A stretch of DNA of 64,000 nucleotides from Octopus sinensis. Its lineage: Eukaryota. The DNA lies in NCBI RefSeq assembly GCF_006345805.1, contig NC_043013.1, forward strand, positions 45,632,001-45,696,000, read 5' to 3'. This document shows, piece by piece, positions 12,857 to 25,471 of this stretch. The notes below the pieces were generated by a model. That model did not search any database. It saw nothing but the letters and a program-made list of their open reading frames with translations, and had not been told where the DNA came from. Made by a program: the position numbers and the translations under genes. The first letter of the stretch is position 1; every line of letters starts with the position of its first letter.

Positions 12857-13089
12857 TGTTTCTTTATTACCCACAAGGGGCTAAACATAGAGGGGACAAA
12901 CAAGGACAGACAAACGGATTAAGTCGATTACATCGACCCCAGTGCGTAACTGGTACTTAATTTATCGACCCCGAAGGGATGAAAGGCAAAGTCGACCTCG
13001 GCGGAATTTGAACTCAGAACGCAACGACAGACGCAATACCGCTAAGCATTTCGCCCGGTGTGCTAACGTTTCTGCCAGCTCGCCGCCTT
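12857..13089 (-). mobile_element. tRNA-derived SINE family C (head ggcggcgagctggcagaa) nested in SINE A (12560-13217)
   Basis: 14-bp TSD actcacaaggcatt at 12843-56 and 13090-103. Confidence 0.88.
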
Positions 13090-13503
13090 ACTCACAAGGC
13101 ATTGGTCGGCCCGGGGCTATAGCAGAAGACACTTGCCCAAGATGCCACGCAGTGGGACTGAACCCGGAACCACGTGGTTGGTTAGCAAGCTACTTACCAC
13201 ACACCCACTCCTGCGCCTATATGGTTTTTTTATATACAAAACATATACACAAACACCATTTAATATCTGTTTTTCTATGCTTACATGGGTCAGACAGAAT
13301 TGGAAGCAGGTTTTCCATGGCTGACTGCCATCTCTGTCATTCCTCCCCACTTTCAGCCATTTGTTGGCAACGCATAAAACACACCCAGCACACTCTGAAA
13401 AGTGGTTGGTGTTAGGAAGGGCCATTCATCAGTGGAAATCATACAGCTCCTGTCAAACTGTCCAACCCATGCCAGCATGGAAACGGACATTAAATGGTGA
13501 TGA

Positions 13504-13507
<4 letters not shown>

Positions 13508-13535
<28 letters not shown>

Positions 13536-13826
13536 GTTTAACGTCCGCTTTCCATGCTAGCATGAGTTGGACGGTTCAACTGGGGTCTGGGGAGCCCGAA
13601 GGCTGCACCAGGCCAGTCAGATCTGGCAGTGTTTCTACAGCTGGATGCCCTTCCTAACGCCAACCACTCCGAGAGTGTAGTGGGTGATTTTATGTGCCAC
13701 CAACACAGGTGCCAGACGAGGCTGGCGAACGGCCACGCTCGGATGGTGTTTTTTTATGTGCCACCGACACAGGTGCCAGACGAGGCTGGCAGACGGCCAC
13801 GCTCGGATGGTGTTTTTTTATGTGCC
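13508..13826 (-). mobile_element. RTE-type LINE 3' end, tail-to-tail with a + strand copy at ~13340-13505
   Basis: (CAT)n then tttaacgtccgctttccatgctagcatg; tandem units at its 5' side. Confidence 0.78.
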
Positions 13827-14184
13827 CTTTGTAGTAGGAGTGAAGTCTGATTTCTTTCTTTCCTCGCTTTTTTTATTTATTTATTTACTTTTTTAGTTAG
13901 TGCCCTTGTTCAAAAGAACAGCGCAATAAAAGTGATAAAGAACAATGTGGCTGGTTGTCCAGCACTTTGACCTTCACAATCATTGCCTCATTGCTAGTCT
14001 GTATGCTAGTTTCTGTTATAAAATGGTTAAATATAAACTCTATCTTGGTCATCAGTTCATCTTAATTTGTCGAATAAAAACAGTCTGCATCATTACAAGA
14101 GATATCTCAGCTAACAGTGAGCCAACAAGGGGCCTTCCACGTAGTTGTTAAACTTACCAGAAATATTAGCCAAATCTCCTTTAA

Positions 14185-14405
14185 CCCTTTTGCACTCAAA
14201 TTATTCTGTCAAATGTAATGCATATTTATTCACATTGTTTTGAATTAATCCATGCATTATCTCATAGATTTAGGATTTTTATGATGTGATTGTGTATTTT
14301 TAGAATGACATTGTAGGGTACATGTGAAAGGCCAGATCTGTCTGGTCTGAACATAAAACAGGTGCAATATTCAGGCCCAATATGGCCTGTTTAAATGCTA
14401 AAGGA
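14185..14405. mobile_element. piggyBac-like MITE family 1
   Basis: TTAA|CCCTTT ... AAAGGA|TTAA, 221 bp. Confidence 0.78.
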
Positions 14406-15579
14406 TTAAGGCACATCTTGATATAGATTGATTTATTTACATCTGCTCATCTTAAATCACCTCCTCTTGGATTCACTACTCTAATGCTTTTTCTATCTTG
14501 ATTCTGTATATTCTAGATTTCTAAGGCATTTATTGACTTAGTTCCATTGTTTGCCCCCACCAAATCAATAAGAAAACCTTTTGAGGGTTGCTTTAGTTGT
14601 TAGAATCAGTGGCCAAATTTCCCTCAAATCTTACCCTATTATCTTTAAAAAAAAAAAGAATTGCCCTAGCATCAAGGTGGTGCCCCGGCATGGCCACAAT
14701 CGAATGACTGAAACATGTAAAAGATAAAATCGGCAGCCAAATTCATCATCATCATCATTTAGTGTCCGCTTTCCATGCTACCATGGGTTGGACGGTTCAA
14801 CTGGGGTCTGTGAAGCCAGAAGGCTGCATCAGGCCCAGTCTGATCTGGCAGTGTTTCTACGGCTGGATGCCCTTCCTAACGCCAACCACTCCGTGAGTGT
14901 AGTGGGTGCTTTTTACGTGCCACCCGCACAGGTGCCAGATGGAGCTGGCAAACGGCCACGGACGGATGGTGCTTTTTACGTGCCACCGGCACGGGGCTAG
15001 GCAAGGCTGGCAACGGCCACGAACGGATGGTGCTTTTTAGGTAATATAATTCCAGATACACTTTCTGAAAAGTAAGACAGAATATTGTAATAGCTGGAAC
15101 ATCTTTCATTAGAAGTCTGCTTCATGGTACTGACCTGGGAGTGAGTAAGTTACAAAGTCATAGATTTAAAGCTGGCTAATTTTCAATGTTTGTGTACATA
15201 CATACATACAGACAGACAGACAGAGAGTTATTTATTTAGCAGAAGTGACTCAAGAGCTGAAAGTTCCATGCATTGGCTTTTACCAAACTTTTGTTAAGTA
15301 CCAGTGCACAAAGCTTCATGTTATAATGTATTGTTGCTTAAGTTCAAAATTTAAGAATTTATAGCAGTAACTTTAAAAGAATAATCATCATCATCATCTA
15401 ATGTCTGTTCTCCATGCTGGCATGGGTCAGATAGTTCGAGAAGAGCTGGCGTGTCAGAATACCGCACTAGACCCTTCTGTCTGTTTTGGCAGTTTCTACG
15501 GTTGGATGTCCTTCCTAATGCTAATTGCTTTACAGAGTGTGTTGGCTGCTTTTTATGTGACACCAGCATCAACAAAGTC

Positions 15580-15798
15580 TATTTCTTTACTACCCATAAG
15601 GGGCCAAACACAGAGGGGACAAACAAGGACAGACAAATGGATTAAGTTGATTATATCGACCCAGTGCGTTACTTATTTAATCGACCCCGAAAGGATGAAA
15701 GGCAAAGTCGCCCTTGGCGGAATTTGAACTCAGAACGTAACGGCAGACGAAATACGGCTACACATTTCGCCCGGCGTGCTAACGTTTCTGCCAGCTCG
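15580..15798 (-). mobile_element. SINE family C
   Basis: 17-bp TSD ccagcatcaacaaagtc at 15563-79 and 15799-815. Confidence 0.88.
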
Positions 15799-17170
15799 CC
15801 AGCATCAACAAAGTCACCAAATGACTTACAAGACAAGACTCCTCAACTGAGTGGGCAGTAGTATTGAGGGAGATGGTTCCAGGTGATGAAGTTAGTATGA
15901 CCTGAGGGACAGAAATGGGTGTCTTTGCAGTAAAAGGAGATACATGGTTATTTCAGAAGGAAAGAGAGAGAGGTAAAAGGTATGACAAGAGGGTATACTC
16001 AAGTTGAAGCAGTGGTTCCAAATGGGGTCCATATGGCCCTTCGGGGTTCATATAAGATTTTGTTGTTAAAGTGCAATAAATTCATTATACTTTTACAATA
16101 CACAAAATATTTTAACGCCTCGACTGGCTCCAGTGCCGGTAGCACATAAAAACACCATCCGAACGTGGCCGTTGCCAGCGCCGCCTTGGCTGGCTTCTGT
16201 GCTGGTGGGACGTTAAAAGCTCCAACCGATCGTGGCTGATGCTTGACCCCGCCAGGCACGTAAAAAGCACCCACTACACTCGTGGAGTGGTTAGCGTTAG
16301 GAAGGGCATCCAGCTGTAGAAACTCTGCCAGATCAGACTGGAGCCTGGTGCAGCCCCTGGCTTCCCAGACCCCAGTTGAACCGTCCAACCCATGCTAGCA
16401 TGGAAAGCGGACGTTAAATGATGATGATGATGAATGCTTTTTTTTTATGCAATTGCTAATAATATTTAATTATAAGCATGAAATGGCTATGGGAGTCCAC
16501 CCCAGTTAAATAGGAATCAAAGGGATCTGCGGCCAGAAAAATGGTTGAAAACCACCGGGTTAAAGGGAGGTGTATATGATTGAAGTGGAATCAAGGATTG
16601 GATAGGGCGAGTGGGTGGGTAAGTTTGTGAGATTGTGGGAGGTTGAAGGGAGGGAGTGTTGTGAGTGGACTCAAATAGATGGAAGGTGTGGTTGGTGGAA
16701 GATATGTTGTGGAGGGAGAGACTCAGCAGGAGTACATTATGTGCAGGTAGGTTTGTGAGAGTGTGAAGGACGATGAACTTGGGTGGTGGTGGTGGTGGTG
16801 AGGGAGGCGTTAGGAGGGTGGGTTGTGCAGGAGAGGGTTGACAAAGACAGATTCTGTGCAGGACCATGAACATAAACCAGATGCCTTTATGGCCTTGATT
16901 TCACTTGACTGGATGAGCCTTCTCAAGTACAGCAAACCACTAATCCTCTTGATCCTTTATCATCACTGTAAGGTTCAAAATCTGACGATAATTTTTCACC
17001 ACTTTGTCCCACATCTTCCTGGGTCCTTCTAATTTTAGAGATTGGCACCTCTATGCAGAGACCTCAGTTTCTTAAGATCATGATTGTTATGTACTGTTAA
17101 CCTAATCTTTAGAGATAATAATTTAATAAGGTTTTATAGTTTGCTTGAAGCATTGTATATGGAATTTAAA

Positions 17171-17948
17171 AGATTTAAAAGGCCAAACAATGCAAACAGA
17201 TTTTAAGATGAAGTAATTAAAAGTGAGTTACCTGGTAATCTTTGGTCGTATATGTATCCAATATTTTGGGGCATATTCAAGTCCCTTCTTCAGTGTTAAA
17301 AAGGAATTGTCCTTAGAAAGATGTTTTTTGTCGGAGATAAAATAATTCTATGATTATAGTTGAAGCATTTCTCGTCTTCGTGAATGTTAATGATGTCAAT
17401 TAACTTATCGCTCCACAAATCAATTTTAATTACCTCTTTTCTAAATAAGTTAATAATTTGACATCACTAACATTCATGAAGAAGAGAAATGCTTGAAAAT
17501 TCAAATATAATCATAGAATTATTTTATCTCCAACAAAAAACATCTTTCCAAGGACAGTTCCTTTTCAACCCTGAAGAAGGGACTTGTATGTCCCGAAATA
17601 TTGGGTACATATACAACCAAAAATTACCAGGTGTGGAGGCGCGTAGCTTAGTGGTTAGGCTGTCAGCATCATGATCGTAAGATTGTGGTTTCGATTCCTG
17701 GACCGGGCAATGTGTTGTGTTCTTCATTTCACGTTGCTCCAGTTCACTCAGCTGGCAAAAATGAGTAACGCTGCGATGGACTGGGGAACACATGCGCCAT
17801 AGAAACCGGGAAACCGGGCCCATGAGCCTGGCTAGGCTTTAAAAGGGCGCAAAAGAGAAGAAGAGAGAGAAAGATTACCAGATAACTCACTTTTAGGTTA
17901 TGTTACCTCATCTTAAAATCTATTTGCATTGTTTGGCCTTTTAAATCT
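17171..17948. mobile_element. Foldback (long imperfect palindrome, arms ~240 bp), possibly Penelope-like; right arm interrupted by SINE B (~17633-17868)
   Basis: 17171-17240 pairs with 17872-17948; 17252-17343 with 17520-17610; 17345-17408 with 17445-17520. Confidence 0.75.
17565..17606 (+). ncRNA. Degenerate minimal hammerhead-ribozyme-like motif
   Basis: CTGAAGA (17571-77), A, stem GGGAC-ttgtat-GTCCC, GAAA (17595-98), then TAT-T; helix I only 2 bp plus a mismatch. Confidence 0.35.
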
Positions 17949-18247
17949 ATCAACGTTAGATCATAATTTGTTTTTACTACATATACCTATAATTATTATT
18001 AGATTACTTCGGTCTCCGATTAAAACAGTACTGATGTAAATACTCAAAAGTTTATCGTTGAAAATCAAGTCAATGAGCCAAAAAAATTTATGATTTTATT
18101 GATTATAATTCATCTCAGACATTTACACTTTATGTTTCTTCTCTAAAACTGTTTTTTTTTTTTTTTTACTTCTAAAGTCTGGAACTGGAAATTAGTGGGG
18201 AAAGAAAAATCCAGAAGTTAGAAATACAAATGCTATATCTGTGTGCT

Positions 18248-18552
18248 GTGGATGCGCAATGGCCTAGTGGTTAGGGCAGCGAACTCGCGGTTGTAGGATC
18301 GCGGTTTCGATTCCCAGACCGGGCGTTGTTTGTGTTTATTGAGCGAAAACACCTTAAAGCTCCATGAGGCTCCGGCAGGGGGTGGTGATCCCTGCTGTAC
18401 TCTTTCACCACTCTTTCTCCCCCTCTTTCTTCTGTTGGCCTGCTCGCTTAGCCAGCGGGGTGGCGTCATTCGAAGGCTAAAACAATGCGAACGCATTGTG
18501 ACCAGCGATGTGTAGCAACATCTGATGGTCTGGTCGGTCACGTGATCACGTG
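18248..18552 (+). mobile_element. SINE family B, body type i
   Basis: 13-bp TSD atatctgtgtgct at 18235-47 and 18553-65; tRNA-like A and B boxes. Confidence 0.88.
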
Positions 18553-19288
18553 ATATCTGTGTGCTAGAAATAGAGATAATTCTGCATTTAATGTATGGTG
18601 TGTTGCAAGGTTCTATTTGAATTTAATTCCTGCTAAATTCAAAGATATTTAAGAACAATCCACAATTAATTTAAAAGCAAAAAACTCTCACTGCATTCCT
18701 TTCATATACTATTTTATGCCATATTTTTTTTTAGAATTCTATGTAAACCCCTATGGGATTGTCCTTATAATATGTCCATGTCTACTGCTCTTTTGGTAAA
18801 TACCAAATGAAGTGGGAAAAGCAGTGAGTTAACAGAATTGTTACAGTGTCAGACAAAATTGCTTTGCAATATTAGTGCCAATTAAGACAGCAAACTCATT
18901 AGCATACCAGGCAAAATGCTTAACGGCATTTCGTCTGTCTTCATGTTCTCAGTTCAAATTCTGCCGTGGTTGATTTTGCCTTTCATCCATTCAGACTTGA
19001 TAAAATAAGTACCAGTTGAATACTGGGGTTGATGCAAACAACTTACCCCCTCCCCCAAAATTGCTGGCCTTGTTCCAGTTCTTTACATTCAGAATTCAAA
19101 TCTCTTTGATGTCAACTTTACCTTTCATGCTTCCAGAGATGATAAAATGCAGTACCAGTCAAATACTGGGGGTCAATGTCATTGCTTTGTTCTCTCGTTT
19201 CAAAATTGCTGGCTTTGTGCTCAAATCAGAAAGAAATATAGGGGAAAGCAAGCTATTGGTTTTGTAACTTTTTAAAAAAATATATTAG

Positions 19289-19456
19289 GTGCAGGAGTGG
19301 CTGTGTGGTAAGTAGCTTGCTAACCAACCACATGGTTCAGGGTTCAGTCCCACTGCGTGGCACCTTGGGCAAATGTCTTCTACTATAGCCCCGGGCCGAC
19401 CAATGCCTTGTGAGTGGATTTGGTAGACGGTAACTGAAAGAAGCCTGTCGTATATA

Positions 19457-19490
<34 letters not shown>

Positions 19491-19705
19491 TTGTGTGTCT
19501 GTGTTTGTCCCCCTAGCATTGTTTGACAACCGATGCTGGTATGTTTACGTCCCCGTAACTTAGCGGTTCGGCAAAACAGACCGATAGAATAAGTACTGGG
19601 CTTACAAAGAATAAGTCCTTGGGTCTAGTTGCTCGATTAAAGGCAGTGCTCCAGCATGGCCGCAGTTAAATGACTGAAACAAGTAAAAGAAAAGAGAGAA
19701 AGAGG
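19289..19705 (+). mobile_element. SINE family A
   Basis: Full-length match to the other copies. Confidence 0.85.
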
Positions 19706-20120
19706 GTGATATAGACAGTATGGAATAAGTAAGTCTCCTGATTTGTGCTTTGTTTTTTCATTTAATTATATATATTTATCTTTGACCTTTTGAAATAAAA
19801 TCTCTGTCCAGAAACCGATATTAAAATTTTAGTTTTCATAGGTCAAACCTCAAAATATTTGGAGTGTAACATTAGTTTATTCAAGTAATTATTTTAACAG
19901 TTCTGTATCTGAGTGTCTTTTGGAAATTGTGTTCTTTTTGAACTGAAGATAATTTTTCCTGTTAAAGAAAACAGAAAGGAAAATAAAAAAAGGATGGAAT
20001 AATTTTTGAAAATTGCTTTTATTGACCTCTTAAATCAAAAGAACTTAATATTTAGAATAAATATTAGAATAAATTATTCTAAAAATGTTACTTAATATTA
20101 GAATGCTTTTCTGTATTTGA

Positions 20121-20546
<426 letters not shown>

Positions 20547-20814
20547 TGATTAACATAATTTGGTGCATTTGTTCTTTCCTTTTTTTCCTTCTCAGTTGAG
20601 TGTGATTTAAGTGAACCTTTTTAATGTCAGTTGTATATGACGGGTGGAGTGTTTGCAGTCAAGTAGTTTTGGGTTCAACCTTGCTGTCCAGCACCTTGAG
20701 CTATATCTCCTGCAATAGCCACAGAGATTGACCATTGAATTTTGACTGAAAGTTGGTAAACAGAAAATGCATGGAAGCTATCAGGTGTGCGTGTTCATGT
20801 ATTTATGACCATGG

Positions 20815-21031
20815 TGGCGAGCTGGCAGAACCGTTAGCACGCTGGGCGAAATGCGTAGCCTGCCATTACGTTCTGAGCTTAAATTCCGCCGAGGTCGACT
20901 TTGCCTTTCATCCTCTCAGGGTCAATAAATTAAGTACCAGTTACACACTGGGGTTGATGTAATCGACTTAATCCGTTTGTCTGTCCTTGTTTGTCCCTTC
21001 TATGTTTAGCCCCATGTGGGTTGTAAAGAAA
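20815..21031 (+). mobile_element. SINE family C
   Basis: 19-bp TSD catgtatttatgaccatgg at 20796-814 and 21032-50. Confidence 0.88.
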
Positions 21032-21238
21032 CATGTATTTATGACCATGGGGTGTTAGACTTGATGCATGGAACAGAAATATGTGATATTTAGTTATGTT
21101 CTGATTATGTCCCTTTATATATTCATGTTTTCGTTGCCTTTGCATCTTACAAGGATGATAAAATAAGTAGTAAATTGAATTCCATGTGTCTAACACACAC
21201 ATGAGCATGCTTACAAATCCAGAAAAGAGTATAGCTCC

Positions 21239-21376
21239 CATGACTTTCAGAAACATTTTTTCACATTCAGAGTTGCTGAAGCATGGAACAAACTACCTGC
21301 ATCAGTTGCTAGCTGCTGAGACATTGCATCTTCTAAAACCTCCATGCTTCCTGAAATTTGCCAACACTACACCTGA
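21239..21376 (+). mobile_element. CR1/L2-type LINE ORF2 C-terminal fragment
   Basis: HDFQKHFFTFRVAEAWNKLPASVASC*DIASSK resembles the FFxxRVxxxWNxLP terminal motif; one internal stop. Confidence 0.7.
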
Positions 21377-21740
21377 TATCCCACCCCCTTCATATGCATG
21401 TGCACATGTATATCGTGTCTCGTTCACTTTCCTGACATTTGTACATAATTCTACGTACTACACATGCACCTTTGATAAGTTGTAATGCATTTGGGAATTA
21501 TACACAATAATTTTACTACTACTACTACTACTATCACCAAGAAGAAGAAGGCGGTGAGTTGGCAGAATTGTTAGCACACTGGATGAAATACTTAGTGGTA
21601 TTTTGCCTGTCGCTATGTTCTGAGTTCAAATTCCGCCAAGGTTAACTTTACCTTTCATCCCTTTGGGGTTGAGTACTGGGGTTGATGTAATCAACTATCC
21701 CCTTCCCACAAATTTCAGGCCTGTGCCTATAATAGAAAGG

Positions 21741-21741
<1 letters not shown>

Positions 21742-21800
<59 letters not shown>
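21742..21800. repeat. (ATT)n microsatellite
   Basis: About 19-20 perfect units. Confidence 0.95.
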
Positions 21801-23044
21801 GAGTGAGAGAGCAGTGCATGCCATCAAAGTGACATTGGGGTAAAATATACGAAGCCCAGCATACCCATCATGACTACCCGTCTGATAAGGGTACACAAGG
21901 CACAAGTAGTATTATTATTATTATTATCATTATTATTATTATTGTGGTGTTAGGAAGGGCATCCAGCCGTAGAAACTCTGCCAGATCAGACTGGAGCCTG
22001 GAGCAGCCCCTGGCTTCCCAGACCCCGGTCGAACCGTCCAACACGTGCTAGCGCGGAAAACGGACGTTAAACGATGATGATGATGATGATGATGATTATT
22101 ATTATTATTATTATTATTATTAGTAGTAGTAGTATTAGTAAATAAAACAAATTATTAAGATATAATCAATTAAAACCCTCAAAAAGCAGTGTCCCTGCAT
22201 GGTCACAGCCCAATTACTGGTACCAGGTAACAAAAAAAAGAAAAAAAGAAAGAAGACAAAACAGAGTTTTATTAGTTAGCTTCCAATTAAAAGCTGTGAC
22301 AAAGGCTGTGGTGTTCTACTTCCAATATTACGTAAACCAGTAAAGTGGCAAGTTGGCAGAATCATTAGCATGCTGGGCAAAATGCTTAATAAGCATTTTG
22401 TCCATCTTTATGTTCCCAGTTCAAATTCCACTGAGGTTGACTTTGCCTTTCATTCTTTCAGGCTTGATAAAATAAGTATCATTTCAGCACTGGGAGTCGA
22501 TGTAATTGACCTAATCCCGCTCTTGAAAATACTGGCCTTGTGCCAAAATTTGAAACTAGTATAGCTCCGCCTGGCACCTGTGTGGGTGGCACGTAAAAAG
22601 CACCCACTAAACTCACGGGGTGGTTGGCGTTAGGAAGGGCATCCAGCCGTAGAAACACTACCAGATCAGACTGGGCCTGATGCAGCCTCCTGGCTTCACA
22701 GACCCCAGTTGAACCGTCCAACCCATGCTTGCATGGAAAACGGACATTAAACAATGATGATGATGATGATTCTATAAACCAGTGGAGTACAAGTTGCTGC
22801 TAACAACTTCTGTTTATATCTAATGTCTACAATGTCACAGTGTACTTTGACTTATCCTAACTTTCAAGATGTTTAGTAATTGAGAGACACCTGAGTTTAT
22901 TTCATAAACCTCTGCTAGAGAAACTGAGCTCAACACAGCCAGCTAATGCTACTTCCTTGTTACATTGTACTAAAGCTATTTACATAAGTAAAATGTTTCT
23001 CTCTAAGATGTTGGATATGTTTAGAGTCTAAAAATATATATATA

Positions 23045-23206
23045 GGTGTAGGAGTGGCTGTGTGGTAAGTAACTTGCTTACGAACCACATGGTTCCGGGT
23101 TCAGTCCCACTGCGTGGCACCTTGGGCAAGTGTCTTCTGCTATAGCCTCGAGCCGACCAAAGCCTTGTGAGTGGATTTGGTAGACGGAAACTGAAAGAAT
23201 CCCGTC

Positions 23207-23254
<48 letters not shown>

Positions 23255-23450
23255 TGTGTTTGCCCCTCTCCCCCAACATCGCTTGAAAACCGATGCTGGT
23301 GTGTTTACGTCCCCGTAACTTAGCGGTTTGGCAAAAGAGACTGATAGCATAAATACTAGGCTTCCAAAGAATAAGTCCTGGGGTCGATTTCCTTGACTAA
23401 AGGCGGTGCCCCAGCATGGCCGCAGTCAAATGACTGAAACAAGTAAATGA
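23045..23450 (+). mobile_element. SINE family A
   Basis: Full-length match. Confidence 0.85.
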
Positions 23451-24564
23451 ATTAGATAAAGACTTTATTAATGTAACATTTAATGTGTGCGCTTGTGTAG
23501 TTGAAATGCCATAAGCTGCTGTTGTTATCCAGGAAAATCACTTTGTAGATGTATTGTGCTAAGAAATATAATACACTTCAGAGCTAGGTGAAATGAAATC
23601 GCACCAGAAGTGACCGTGAGAGTGACAGATCAGTATTTCGTGGTTGTGGCTTCTCAATGTCATGTACTCGTGTCATGTTTCATGTCACTTCCAAAACGAA
23701 ATTGAATCAACTTGTCTGAAGTATACACTGGTATTCCAAGGCACTGCACAAGCAAAATAAACCCTGGATTATGCAATGGAAGCAGCATTAAGGATGTTAT
23801 ACTAATTCAGTTTTTACCATAGAGCCCCTATTGCATAATTCATATTATATTAAAAGAAAGATTTTATTTTATATACGATGTCATTGTCATCAACGTATAA
23901 CATCCATTTTCCATGCAGGCATAGGTTGGATGGTTTGACAGTAGCTTGCTAGGCCAGGGGCCACACCAAGTTCTATGGTCTGATTTGGTTTGGTTTCTAC
24001 GGTTGGATGCCCTTCTTAATATCAACCACTTTACAGAGTGTACTGGGTGCTTTTTATGTGGCACCATCACCAATGCTTTTTATGTGGCACTTTCATTTGA
24101 GGGTTTTGTTGTGGCACAGTGAGTCCTCTTCAGTACAGCAATGCAGCTCTTATCTTGATCCTTTGTCATCTTTGTAAGGCTCAGTATTTTGAGATCAGCC
24201 TCATCCATAACATGCATAACAAAACCAAATGAGTAGTGTTCTCTCTTGCATATGCCATCTAATCTCTCTTATTTCTCTCAATGTGCTAATGCTCTGTTGT
24301 ACATGCACACTGGTATTGCACATCCAGTGTAGTATACCAGCTTTGTTCCTCTAGTTTTTGCACGTCCTCTGCATTCAAGGTTCCTCTCTGTCTACCATGT
24401 AGTATCACAGTTTGCATACATGGATCATACACTCTTCCTTTTCAATTGGAGTGAGAGAAACCTTTGGTTTCAACAGAAGTAAAGGGTTTCAATACATCCA
24501 CCTCCACTGTTTAATTTGGTCACCGAGGCAACCAAGATTATCTACTACTTTCAGAGAGCCTTTT

Positions 24565-24955
24565 TTTCTCTTTTACTTGTTTCAGTCATTTGACTGCGGC
24601 CATGCTGGAGCACCGCCTTTAGTCGAGCAAATCTACCCCGGGACTTATTCTTTGTAAGCCCAGTACTTATTCTATCAGTCTCTTTTGCCGAACTGTTAAG
24701 TGGCGGGGACGTAAACCAGCATCGGTTGTCAAGCAATGCTTGGGGTACAAACACAGACACACAAACATACACACACATACACATATATATACATATATAG
24801 GACAGGCTTCTTTCAGTTTCCGTCTACCAAATCCACTCACTAGGCATTGGTTGGCCCGAGGCTATAGCAGAAGACACTTGCCCAAGATGCCACGCAGTGG
24901 GACTGAACCCGGAACTATGTGGTTGGTAAGCAAGCTACTTACCACACAGCCACAC
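24565..24955 (-). mobile_element. SINE family A
   Basis: Full-length match, reverse orientation. Confidence 0.85.
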
Positions 24956-25135
24956 CTGTTGGGGACTTTCTCAAATATCTGTAGTCTTTATGGCTCCTGT
25001 ACATCTTCTACATACAATATATTCAGTTTTTAAGGAAAAACATGATTTAACAGTTCTTAAGTAATTGAATTAATTTCTCATCATGAATTTTCTGGTTCAG
25101 TTTCTAAAATTACACTAATAAGAAGCCATTTTTAA

Positions 25136-25471
<336 letters not shown>

